64,000 nucleotides of DNA from Anaerolineae bacterium (GTDB lineage Bacteria; Chloroflexota; Anaerolineae; S140-20): NCBI GenBank assembly GCA_027021705.1, contig JALUTT010000005.1, forward strand, positions 1-64,000. The letters are read 5' to 3'. The notes under the pieces are model-generated. The model was not told the DNA's origin. It did not search any database and saw only the letters and a program-made list of their open reading frames with translations. Made by a program: the position numbers and the translations under genes. How positions within the stretch are numbered: the stretch's first letter is position 1; each line of letters begins with the position of its first letter. Positions 18,736-28,087 of this stretch are shown here, one piece after another.

Positions 18736-18887
18736 TGGTGATTACCCCCCAGTGAGCAAGGGAGTGGGCCATAGCGGGCTGTCCACGAATCCTCACGAAT
18801 GCACGAATGGGGCGGCTCCTCATTCGTGTGTTCGTGCCCATTCGTGGACGGCTCACTTCCCCACCCCCAAGATACAGGTGATCACCA
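18736..18887 (-). repeat. MITE/REP-like element (ACGAAT palindrome family), copy B
   Basis: Terminal inverted repeats TGGTGATTACC / GGTGATCACCA; internal (CACGAAT)3 ... (TTCGTG)3 palindrome. Confidence 0.75.
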
Positions 18888-18932
18888 AACCCATCAGGAC
18901 GGTAGGGCGCGCCTTTGGTGGGCCATCCAGCA

Positions 18933-21900
18933 TTAGGGTGGGTCGGCGATGGGCAGGGTAAAGCGGAAGATGCTACCCTCGGGGACGGCAGGCTCAACCC
19001 AGATCTGCCCTCCGTGGGCCTCGACGACCAGCTTGCAGAAGGTCAGACCTAGACCGGCTCCCCGACGCTGCCCATCCACCTGGATGAACCGCTCGAAGAT
19101 CTTCTCTCGGTACTCAGGGGGGATACCCGGTCCGGTGTCGGCCACCGAGAGGCAGATCACCTCCCCCTCCCTCCGGTCGGTCATCAGCTCTGCCGAGAGC
19201 GTGACACGCCCTTTGGGGTTGGAGTACTTGATGGCGTTGTCCATCAAGTTGATCAGCACGCGGTGGATCAACTCCTGATCCGCGTGAGCCGGGGGGAGGT
19301 CGGGGGGGAGTTCCGTTCGGAGCGTGATCTCGTTCCGCTCGGCCAGGGGCCACATCTGCTCCAGCGCCGTCTGGGCCAGATCGGCGATGGAACAGGGGGC
19401 CAGGTGCAGGGGCATCTGCCCAGCCTCCAGCCGGCTGATGTCCAGCAGGGAGTTCACCAGGTGCAGGATCTGGTTGGAGGACTCCGTGGCCATAGCCAGA
19501 GCGTTCAAGGCGATCTCTATCTCTCCCCCGTCCTGCAGCACGTCGGCCGCCAACTCGATACCGCCGACCACAGCGGTCAGAGGGCTGCGGATGTCGTGGA
19601 TGATCATGTTGGTCAGGTCCTGGCGCATCCGGGCCAGGTGGCGCTCCTCCGTTACATCGCGCAGGAGCATGATGCGACCGATCACTTCCCCCTGCCGGTT
19701 GCGCACCGGGGTGGCCGTGCGCTCGATCTCCCGGGGGATGGGGCCGGCCAGTTCGAAGGAGCGCTTCTCCACCTCCTCGCTACGGCTCTGCAACTGCGCG
19801 GAGAAGCGGTCCAGATCCTCAGGAGCGTAGCCTAGCATCTCCAGAATCCGGGGACCGTGTTGGGCCACGACCTCCTCGATGGTGTGACCCAGCAGTTGCT
19901 CCGGCGGAATGCCGCTGAGGGCTTCGATGGTCGGGTTGACCAGGACAATCCGCCCCTCCCGGTCGAAGACCAGGATGCCCTCGTGGATGGAATCCACAAT
20001 CGCCTGGAGGTTATCCCGACCCTCGCGCACCTGCTGGAAGAGGCGGGCGTTCTCGATGGCGATGGCGGCCATCTCCGCCAGGTGGGAGACGAAATGCAGG
20101 TCGTCCTTGCTGAAGCCCTGAGAACGGTTGCTCTCCAGGCAGACAACGCCCAGGACCCGTTTCTCCTTGACAATGGGCACGGCGATTTGGGCCACGGTGT
20201 CGGGGCGACGGCTCCCGTGGGCCGGATCTTCCTGCACGTTGGGGACCAGGGCCGGCTCCCCTGTGCGGACCACCCGACCGATGAGCCCGTGGGTGAGGGG
20301 CCAGAGATCACCCCGATACGGAGAAAGGACCTCCTCCGGGTAGCCCTGATGGGCGATCAGCCGTAGTCCCTGCTCCTTCTCCTCGTAGAGGGCGAGGAGG
20401 CCGGCCGTAGCCCCCGTCGTTCCCATGGCCCGCTGCAGAAGCAGGTTGAAAACGCGCTCTAGGTCTAGGGTGGAGGTCAGTTCCCGCCCGATCTCCTCGA
20501 TGGCCGAGAGTTGCTCCACCCGTCGGGTCAGGGCCCGGTCGGTCAGATCGTAGAGTAGGGCGTTCTCCAGCGCGATCGCCACTTGGTTGGCGAAGGTGGT
20601 CAACAGTTCCACCTCAGCAGGAGGGAAGACGTGGGGCTGGCTGTAGTAGACGGTAAGCGAGCCCAGAACCCGCTCCCGGCCCCGCATCGGAGCATCGGCA
20701 AAAGCAACAAAGCCCTCTTGCTCGGCCAGCGGGAGGAGATAGGCCAGAGAGGGCTCCTTGCGGATGTCGGGGACGATGAGGGGGTAGCGGTCCAAGATCA
20801 CCTGCCCCCGTCCTTCAGGCTCGATGGGAATGTGCTGAGATTGGGCGACGAAGTTCTCGCTCAGCCCCCACGAGGTGTGCAGAGACAACTCTCTCCGCTC
20901 CTCATCTAACAGGAAGATGGCCGCTTTCTGGCAGTTGAGGGCCTGGACCAGGGAGTAGACGACGACCTGCAGGATCTCATCTGGGTCTAGTGAGGAACTG
21001 GCGACGGCTGCCAGGGTGTTCAGGGTGGCCAGTTCGTCTGCCCGCATCATCGCTTCGGCGTAGAGTTGGGCGTTCTCGATGGCCACACTGGCCATATTGG
21101 CGACCACCTCGAGCGTGGAGAGGGTCTCCTGGGTGAAGGCCCCAGGCCGATCGGAGACCATCTCCAGCGTGCCGATGAGACGATCGCCGCTCAGAAGGGG
21201 CACCCCCACGTAGGCGCGGATGAAGAGCGCCGCCTTTCCCGTTGGGGGCTGCAGTTCCGAAAGCCGGGAGGTATCGGGGACCAACAGGGGGGTCCGGTGC
21301 TGGACAATCCAGTCGCTGTACGTCTGGTTCGCCCAATGACCGCTGTTCTCCTCGCCCGAGGGGAGGTCCTCGTTCGCTTCCCGGCGCACGATCAGGCTGT
21401 TCGACGCCTCGTCCCAGAGGCAGACCCTGGCCGCTCGGTAATCCCCTAGGGTCCGCAGGTTGTCCAGGATCGCCTTGAGCACGGTGTCCAGGTCCAGGGA
21501 GGCGTTGATGGCCTGGGCGATCTGGTTGAGGGTGGAAAGCTCGTGGGCTCGACGCTTCTCCTCGGCCAGAAGAGCCTCGGTGGTGGTCACGTCCCGGAGC
21601 AGCAGGGTGACGACCAAGGAGCCATCCAAGGGGATCCGCTGGCACAGAGCCTTCATCGAGCGATCGCCCACCTGGAGATGGCACTCCCCTCCGGCCTCCA
21701 GGAGGGAGAGGAAGGCACCCTGGGGGACGATGGTGGAGGTCAAGTCGCGGAGCTCACCACCACCGGGCTGGACGCCCAGCCACTCCTGCGCCACGACGTT
21801 GGCGAACAGGATCTGTCCCTGCGGGTCGGCGACCAGTATAGCATCTTGGAGGTTATTCAGGATCCGCTGGAATTCGTCGAAGGACCGGCGGGCAGTGATG

Positions 21901-21974
21901 GAACGGCGTCGTAGGCCCCAGCCCAACCCCAGCAGTGTGATGACGATCAACAGCAGTAGCCAGTACCCATTCAT
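18933..21974 (-). CDS. PAS/3xGAF sensor histidine kinase with single N-terminal TM
   Basis: H-box IIHDIRSPL, NLMDNAIKY, DTGPGI, GAGLGL; GAF units paralogous to those in 14850..18698. Confidence 0.9.
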   Translation of the reverse strand: MNGYWLLLLIVITLLGLGWGLRRRSITARRSFDEFQRILNNLQDAILVADPQGQILFANVVAQEWLGVQPGGGELRDLTSTIVPQGAFLSLLEAGGECHLQVGDRSMKALCQRIPLDGSLVVTLLLRDVTTTEALLAEEKRRAHELSTLNQIAQAINASLDLDTVLKAILDNLRTLGDYRAARVCLWDEASNSLIVRREANEDLPSGEENSGHWANQTYSDWIVQHRTPLLVPDTSRLSELQPPTGKAALFIRAYVGVPLLSGDRLIGTLEMVSDRPGAFTQETLSTLEVVANMASVAIENAQLYAEAMMRADELATLNTLAAVASSSLDPDEILQVVVYSLVQALNCQKAAIFLLDEERRELSLHTSWGLSENFVAQSQHIPIEPEGRGQVILDRYPLIVPDIRKEPSLAYLLPLAEQEGFVAFADAPMRGRERVLGSLTVYYSQPHVFPPAEVELLTTFANQVAIALENALLYDLTDRALTRRVEQLSAIEEIGRELTSTLDLERVFNLLLQRAMGTTGATAGLLALYEEKEQGLRLIAHQGYPEEVLSPYRGDLWPLTHGLIGRVVRTGEPALVPNVQEDPAHGSRRPDTVAQIAVPIVKEKRVLGVVCLESNRSQGFSKDDLHFVSHLAEMAAIAIENARLFQQVREGRDNLQAIVDSIHEGILVFDREGRIVLVNPTIEALSGIPPEQLLGHTIEEVVAQHGPRILEMLGYAPEDLDRFSAQLQSRSEEVEKRSFELAGPIPREIERTATPVRNRQGEVIGRIMLLRDVTEERHLARMRQDLTNMIIHDIRSPLTAVVGGIELAADVLQDGGEIEIALNALAMATESSNQILHLVNSLLDISRLEAGQMPLHLAPCSIADLAQTALEQMWPLAERNEITLRTELPPDLPPAHADQELIHRVLINLMDNAIKYSNPKGRVTLSAELMTDRREGEVICLSVADTGPGIPPEYREKIFERFIQVDGQRRGAGLGLTFCKLVVEAHGGQIWVEPAVPEGSIFRFTLPIADPP

Positions 21975-21978
21975 CGGC

Positions 21979-22689
21979 TCAGTGTTGGCTCTCGAATCGG
22001 TATCCGACGCCGTGCTCGGTGAGAATGTAGCGGGGGTTCTTAGGATCGGGTTCCAGTTTCCGACGCAGGTGCCAGATGTAGACCCGTAGGTAGTCTACAT
22101 CGTCAATGTACTCCCAACCCCACACCTGCTCGAGCATCTCCCGATAGGTCAGAACGCGCCCGGCATTCCGGATGAGCAGGGCCAGCAGATTGTACTCGGT
22201 GGGTGTCAGTTTGACAGGTTGACCGTTGACCGTGACCCGCCTTTTGGCTGCGTTAAAGCTCAGCCAACTGTCCGCGTACAGCGGCTCCTCCGATGAGGCC
22301 ATCTCCACAGGGCCCATCGCTGCCCGGCGTAGGTTGGCCCGGATACGAGCGACCAGGACCGGCAGTTCAAAGGGTTTGACGATGTAATCGTCCGCCCCAT
22401 CCTCCAGCCCCCGCACGATGTCCTCTTGCCGTCCTTGGGCAGTCAGCATAATGATGGGCACGTTGGAGACCTCGCGGATCCGCTGACAAACTGTCCAGCC
22501 ATCCATCTGGGGCATCATAATGTCCAGCAGCACCAGGTCTGGATGGTGAAGGTAGACCTGGCGCAGCCCCTCGCGCCCATCGTGGGCCACCAGGACCTCG
22601 AACCCCTCTTGGGTGAGATGGCGGCGGACCAGCTCGGTGATCAACCGGTCATCGTCAATGATCAGGATGGTGGCCTGTTGTTGGGTCAT
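21979..22689 (-). CDS. OmpR/PhoB-family response regulator
   Basis: IIDDD, LLDIMMP, DDYIVKPF and winged helix LTPTEY...LRVYIWHLRRKLE...GVGYRF. Confidence 0.95.
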   Translation of the reverse strand: MTQQQATILIIDDDRLITELVRRHLTQEGFEVLVAHDGREGLRQVYLHHPDLVLLDIMMPQMDGWTVCQRIREVSNVPIIMLTAQGRQEDIVRGLEDGADDYIVKPFELPVLVARIRANLRRAAMGPVEMASSEEPLYADSWLSFNAAKRRVTVNGQPVKLTPTEYNLLALLIRNAGRVLTYREMLEQVWGWEYIDDVDYLRVYIWHLRRKLEPDPKNPRYILTEHGVGYRFESQH

Positions 22690-22766
22690 ACCGGCATTCC
22701 TCCTGCGGGGACATTATACCACATATTGTCCAATCTTGCACTGGGGGTAGGGGGCGACCGTCACGA

Positions 22767-23230
22767 GTGCAGTGCCGGTCAAACCGCCTGATGACCAATT
22801 CCACCGCATTGTTGGTCTTGGGAATCACCCGGCTCTCGATGCCATTGACCAGGGTAGGCCAATGCCGCTCTAGAAACTCAAAGATGACCACGGCCCCAGG
22901 CCTCTCTTTTTTTCACACAAGGGGTTGCGGCAGTAGTAGCGGTACACCTCCACCGTCTGCAGGTTCCCCTCGGCGTCATAGTACTTCTTGAGACGGGGCT
23001 TCCGGCTCTTGCGCACCACCTGGGTCGAGCCGCAGTAGATGCAACGCACCGTCCCATCGGTCACCTCTTCCTAGCGGCCAAAGAGCACCCTCTCCACCCG
23101 CATCAGCCAGGGCAGGGCTTTGAAGGGATGGTCTCCCCTCACCGAGAGGTGAAGTGGCCGCAGATGGTGGCCCTGTAGCTCCCGTCCTCTTCCTGCACCA
23201 CCTCAACCCAGGGCTCTTCCCGACCACAGA
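22767..23230 (-). pseudogene. Fragmented transposase remnant
   Basis: Pieces in different frames: zinc ribbon RCIYCGSTQVVRKSRK...YRYYCRNPLC and C-terminal IPKTNNAVELVIRRFDRH. There is an in-frame TAG, and the catalytic core is missing. Confidence 0.7.
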
Positions 23231-23244
23231 GTTTGAACCAACCC

Positions 23245-23273
23245 TTGACGGAGGCTCCCTCTTGTGCTATACA
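23245..23273 (+). promoter_or_regulatory. Putative sigma70 promoter
   Basis: TTGACG-17 nt-TATACA with extended -10 TG. Confidence 0.5.
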
Positions 23274-23387
23274 ACGGGTGGAACCGGTCACGGGTTACCG
23301 GGACAGCCCGGCGCGGTTTGGGCGGACCCACCGGCGACCAACCGTCGGGGAGAGAGCGGCGAACCGAGAACCTATAGGAAGGAGATG

Positions 23388-23960
23388 ATGGGAAAGCGAG
23401 CACGCCACCCCCTGGCCCTCCAAGCGGTCGTCCTGGTCCGGGCCGGCCTGCTTCTGGGATTCCTCACGCTGACGCTGATCCTCCCGCCATCGGTGCAAGC
23501 CCATGGCAGTGCCCCCTACCCGATCTTGCTGGAGTCGCCAGTGGGCCCCTACGTGGTCACCCTGCTGGCCGACCCCGACGTGGGCGGGGGGACCTTCACC
23601 GTGGAACTCGCCTTGGCCAACGGACGGGCCGTGCCCGGGGGAACCACCGTCACCCTCTGGGTTCGGCCTCAGGACGGCCACCGGGAGGAGGCGGGCTACG
23701 AAGGCCGGCGTCAGACCGAGGGAACGGATACCTTCGTCGTCGAAATCCCCTTCGACACCGAGGGGATGTGGCAGGCTCGGCTGGTGGTCAACGGCCCGGC
23801 CGGGCAGGGCGAGCGGGCCTTCTCGGTCCGGGTGACCCCGCCCGGCACCAACAGGCTGGGGTCCCTGCTCTGCCTGCTGCCCTTCCTGGCCCTGGGCCTT
23901 CTCTGGTTGATCGGTGCCCGGCGTCATCGCCGGGAGGCCGAACCCGGGGCGGAGCGGTGA
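23388..23960 (+). CDS. Exported, C-terminally anchored YtkA/FixH-like Ig-fold protein
   Basis: AAGGAG RBS; signal peptide ending VQA-HG; FDTEGMWQARLVVNGPAG; C-terminal TM followed by RRHRR. Confidence 0.6.
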   Translation: MGKRARHPLALQAVVLVRAGLLLGFLTLTLILPPSVQAHGSAPYPILLESPVGPYVVTLLADPDVGGGTFTVELALANGRAVPGGTTVTLWVRPQDGHREEAGYEGRRQTEGTDTFVVEIPFDTEGMWQARLVVNGPAGQGERAFSVRVTPPGTNRLGSLLCLLPFLALGLLWLIGARRHRREAEPGAER

Positions 23961-24088
23961 GCCGGCCCCTGGGCATTGCCAAGCCCGAGAGCCGCCTCCA
24001 CGTCTTCCATAAAACTCCTCCTTGCCCCTCCGCCACTTTGCGGTACAATCCCTGACACGGTGATGCATAGGACGCTCCCCACGAGACG

Positions 24089-24799
24089 ATGAGCAACACA
24101 GCCAGCCTACGCCATTTGCGATGGGATGATCGGGGCCTGCTCCCGGCCGTCGTCCAGGACGCCGAAACCCGCCAGATCCTGATGGTGGCCTGGATGAACG
24201 AAGAAGCCCTGCAGCGAACCCTGGAGACGGGCGAGACCTGGTTCTGGAGCCGTAGCCGACAGGCCCTCTGGCACAAAGGAGCCACCAGCGGCAATATCCA
24301 GCGGGTGCGCGAGGTTCGGGTGGACTGCGACGGGGACACGCTGTTGGTCCTGGTGGACCCGGCCGGCCCGGCCTGCCACACGGGCCACCGGAGCTGCTTC
24401 TACCGCTCCTGGGAGGCGTTCGTGGAAGAGGCCGGAGAACCCCAGGAGGGCGCGGCAGCACAGCGGGAGGCGGTGACACCAGGGCGACGGCGGGTGCTGG
24501 ACCGGCTCTTCGCCGTCATCGAGAGCCGGCGGGAGAACCCGCCGCCGGGCTCCTACACCGCCCGCCTCTTCGCCGCCGGCGAGGACGAGATCGTCAAGAA
24601 GGTCGGTGAGGAAGCCGTCGAGGTGATCCTGGCCGCCAAAAGCCAGGGAGACCGGCGGCTCATCGAGGAGATGGCCGACCTGGTCTACCACAGCCTGGTC
24701 CTCCTGGCCGCCCGGGGGCTCACCCTGGAGGACCTGGAGGCCGAGCTCCGGCGCCGGTTCCGCCCATCGAGCCAACCCCCTTCCCCTACCCAAGAATGA
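24089..24799 (+). CDS. hisIE: Bifunctional phosphoribosyl-AMP cyclohydrolase / phosphoribosyl-ATP diphosphatase
   Basis: [55 protein letters not shown]. Confidence 0.96.
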   Translation: MSNTASLRHLRWDDRGLLPAVVQDAETRQILMVAWMNEEALQRTLETGETWFWSRSRQALWHKGATSGNIQRVREVRVDCDGDTLLVLVDPAGPACHTGHRSCFYRSWEAFVEEAGEPQEGAAAQREAVTPGRRRVLDRLFAVIESRRENPPPGSYTARLFAAGEDEIVKKVGEEAVEVILAAKSQGDRRLIEEMADLVYHSLVLLAARGLTLEDLEAELRRRFRPSSQPPSPTQE

Positions 24800-24817
24800 T
24801 GAAAGGAATGAGTTGCG

Positions 24818-27800
24818 ATGACCACGACTCCTCCAGAGGATCCGACAGGCACTTGGAAGAGGCTCTTGGAGAACATCCTGGAGAGGTTGACTCCTGAAAC
24901 CTTTAGGCAGGAACTGCCCGACCTGCGTGCCCGCTACGGAGACGACCCCGAGGAACTCGGCATTGCCTACCTGGCGCTACTGACCCAGATCGGGCTGGGG
25001 AGCTTACTGTCGCTCGCCGCTGCCCTCCCCTTGGAGGAGGCCGAGGCAGCCTTGGACACCCTGGCCAAGGCCGTGGGAGGGTTCGACTTCTCTTCGGCGG
25101 CCGAGACCCTCTCGGACGACGATGAGCTAACCCCTTACTACCGCGCCCTGGCCACCCTCGCCGGCGAGATGATCCCCCGGATTGTCTCGGCCCTCACGGC
25201 CATCTTTCGAGCTTATGTGCGGGGCACTTATGCGGGCACCGATCCCAACGAACTCATCGAGCAGGCCCTGGCCCTGGCCGAGACGGACCCCGAGCGGGGG
25301 CGGGAACTGATCGCCCAAGCCGGCGCCCTCTACCTGGAGGGCAAGCCCCTCTGGTGGCGCTGGCCGCGAGAGGTCGGGGGAAGTCCTCTGGCCCAGTGGC
25401 TCTCCGACGTCTTGTTCTACGGGCAAACCGTCCAAGAAGGTTGGCCTCCGATGGGGCCGGTAGACCAATGGCGGGCCGAGTTCCAAGCTTACCTCGCCGA
25501 GCCTCCCGAGCGCCGGGCAGCCGAGGAGGAACGGTTGCGAGCTTGGAAGAGGCTAGAGGCCAAGTACGAACAGGCCGAGCAGGAGGCCGAAGAGCTGGCC
25601 GAGACGTTGAAACAGCGCCTGATCGAGATCGGGGAGGGAGATCTCCCTCGGGAGATCTACACCCTCTGCGAGAAGAACCGAGAGGCGGTGATTCCCATCC
25701 TGATCGAGCTGGCCGCCGATGAAGAACTTGCCCTGATGGATGCGCCCGGTGAAGGCTTCGTCCCCATCCACGCGGTCCACCTCCTGGGCCACCTGAAGGC
25801 CGCCGAGGCCGTGCCCACCCTGATTGACCTGGTGGCCGAATGCGAGCCCGACGAGTACCTGTTCAACGAAGCCTTGAGCGCCCTGAAGGAGATCGGAGAG
25901 CCGGCGGCGGAGCCCCTCTTCCAGTTTATGCGCTACTCCCGCCTCCCAGAGGCCAAGGCCGACCTCGCCCCCACTCTGGTCGAGGTGGCGGGTGAGGACG
26001 AGCGCACCTTCCCCACCTTAGCCCGGCTGTTGGAGGAGCTCTCCTGGGAAGAGGGGAAGGGCCTGGTGATCATAGCCCTGGCCGATCTGGGGGACCAACG
26101 GGCCGTCCCCCTGCTCTGGGATCAACTGGAAAGCGTCGAGGAGGCCATAGACCGCCAGGAGGTCTTGGCTGCGCTGGAAGAACTGGGCATTCCCAAAGGC
26201 GATGAGCGGTTGCTCACTTTGGAACGCCGTTGGGTCCGCGAGGAGATTCTATCCCGGTGGGACAGAATGATCGCCGAGGTAACCGATCCCCAGGAACTGG
26301 CGGAGTTTATCGAGGGGAATGAAGAGATAGGGGAATCCGAGGCCGCCCACCTGGCCCACGCGGTTGCCGATTTCTACTTCCTCCAACTGACCTGGGCGGT
26401 CTCGATGACCCTCCTGAGCGGAGACGAGAGGACAATGACGAAGGTCCTGAGCCGGGCTCGGGAAGCCAGCGAAGTCCTCGATTTCGAGGACGACCTCTCC
26501 GGCTACGAGCCTTGGTTGCGCCGGGTCTACGAGCACATCGCCTCCTGCGCCGGCCGTGAACTCCAAGACCGATTGCACGGCCTCTGGCTGACCCTCGACC
26601 ACTACTGGCGTGGTGCCTACGACGAAGAGGCCGACCCCAACGCGCTCATCTTGGAAGCCCGTCGCCTCGTGGGAGAGGACTTCGCCCAGGCCGAGGCGCT
26701 GGTGGGCCAGGCCGGTGCCCTCGTCCTGCAAGGACGTCCCTTCTGGAGGCGCTGGCCTAAGGAAGCGCCATCTCCCCTCAACCGATGGCTCTATGCTATC
26801 GCCACCCTGCGTCGTGCCCTGGACGATAGCCAGGCTTACCCCCTGGAAGCTTGGGGGGAGAGATCGCTTCAGGCCGCGCCGAATTTGATCCTTCGGGTCT
26901 CGTTGCCCTACTACCCCGATGCCAAGCGGGTGCTCGATAGCCTCGCCCGCGAGCAGGAGTCGAAGGTCGGTTCCGAGTTGATCGAGGCCCTGTACGAGAT
27001 TCCTCCCCTCCCGGCCAAACCCGACACCCGTCTGCTTCGCCGCTTCCGCCGCCACCGCCAGGAGGTGATCCCCCTTCTCATTGACTTGGTGGAGGATCGA
27101 AGCACCTGGTCCCTAGAGGCACGGGGCGAAGGATGGACTCCCGCCTTGGCCATCCGCCTGTTGGGCTACCTTCGGGCAAGCGAGGCGGCGGAGACGCTGG
27201 TCGAGGTGGTGGCCGAGACCGAGTGGGATGCGGCCCTCTTCGAGTCGGCCATCCTGGCCCTGCTGGCCCTGGAGCGTGCCGCTTTTCCGGCCGTCGCCGA
27301 CTACTTCCGCTATGGCCAGGACGTGGAGACCAAGGTCGCCCTGGCCGAGGTGCTGGTCAATGCCGGCCAACGCGAGCCCGAGACCTACCCCTGGCTGGCC
27401 ACCCTCTGGCGGGAAGCTGCCTGGGACCAGCAGCGCCGATTGGTGGCCGTCGCCTTCGGTGACCTGAAGGACCGCCGGGCCGTCCCCCTCCTCCGACAGG
27501 CTCTGGAGGACCCCCAGGCCGACGATGTGGACCGGGATTACGTCCGCTGGGCGTTGCAGCAGCTGGGCGAACCCGCCCCTCCCGCCCCGGAGCAAAAGGG
27601 TTTCCTTGCCAACCTTTTCCGAGGGCAGAAGGTGAAGACCCCCTTGCCCGCCCGCGAGCGACTGCTCTTCGACGAGGAACAAGGCATCTACCAACGGGCC
27701 CGCTTCACCGTTTGGGGAGAGCCCCTTTGCCCCCACTGCGGCCGGCCCATGGCGTGGGACGAACGAGAAGGAACTTGGGTCCATCCCCCCTCCACGACGC

Positions 27801-27877
27801 CCTCGGCCCCCGCCAAGCCCAAGCGAAAGAAGAAGAAAGCCCGCAAGCGGGCCAAGAAGCGCAAGCGCCGCCGGTAG
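24818..27877 (+). CDS. Internally duplicated HEAT-repeat protein with C-terminal CxxC and basic tail
   Basis: HEAT-like motifs ALADLGDQRAVPLL and AFGDLKDRRAVPLL; two homologous halves offset by 464 codons; CPHC followed by KPKRKKKKARKRAKKRKRRR. Confidence 0.7.
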   Translation: MTTTPPEDPTGTWKRLLENILERLTPETFRQELPDLRARYGDDPEELGIAYLALLTQIGLGSLLSLAAALPLEEAEAALDTLAKAVGGFDFSSAAETLSDDDELTPYYRALATLAGEMIPRIVSALTAIFRAYVRGTYAGTDPNELIEQALALAETDPERGRELIAQAGALYLEGKPLWWRWPREVGGSPLAQWLSDVLFYGQTVQEGWPPMGPVDQWRAEFQAYLAEPPERRAAEEERLRAWKRLEAKYEQAEQEAEELAETLKQRLIEIGEGDLPREIYTLCEKNREAVIPILIELAADEELALMDAPGEGFVPIHAVHLLGHLKAAEAVPTLIDLVAECEPDEYLFNEALSALKEIGEPAAEPLFQFMRYSRLPEAKADLAPTLVEVAGEDERTFPTLARLLEELSWEEGKGLVIIALADLGDQRAVPLLWDQLESVEEAIDRQEVLAALEELGIPKGDERLLTLERRWVREEILSRWDRMIAEVTDPQELAEFIEGNEEIGESEAAHLAHAVADFYFLQLTWAVSMTLLSGDERTMTKVLSRAREASEVLDFEDDLSGYEPWLRRVYEHIASCAGRELQDRLHGLWLTLDHYWRGAYDEEADPNALILEARRLVGEDFAQAEALVGQAGALVLQGRPFWRRWPKEAPSPLNRWLYAIATLRRALDDSQAYPLEAWGERSLQAAPNLILRVSLPYYPDAKRVLDSLAREQESKVGSELIEALYEIPPLPAKPDTRLLRRFRRHRQEVIPLLIDLVEDRSTWSLEARGEGWTPALAIRLLGYLRASEAAETLVEVVAETEWDAALFESAILALLALERAAFPAVADYFRYGQDVETKVALAEVLVNAGQREPETYPWLATLWREAAWDQQRRLVAVAFGDLKDRRAVPLLRQALEDPQADDVDRDYVRWALQQLGEPAPPAPEQKGFLANLFRGQKVKTPLPARERLLFDEEQGIYQRARFTVWGEPLCPHCGRPMAWDEREGTWVHPPSTTPSAPAKPKRKKKKARKRAKKRKRRR

Positions 27878-27999
27878 CCTCTGGGGAGGCACCGAGGAGT
27901 GAGAAACGAGGCACCACGGCACCCAACACCCGACCATCGGACCACCGGACCATTCGACCAATAGGCCAAATGGCCTGCCCAGAGCCCGTAAAACGGCGG

Positions 28000-28028
28000 T
28001 TGTGCGCCGACCACCAGCGGGGTATAAT
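28000..28028 (+). promoter_or_regulatory. Putative promoter of copA
   Basis: TTGTGC-17 nt-TATAAT. Confidence 0.55.
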
Positions 28029-28087
28029 GACTCCACAGCCAAAGGCTCAAAGATCGGAGAGATTGGCTGATCAGAAAGGAGTCTTCA

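Noticed and set aside
28008..28025. CsoR-type operator in the copA promoter
   Set aside because: Only the GGGGTAT half resembles the consensus, and no csoR gene is in the window.
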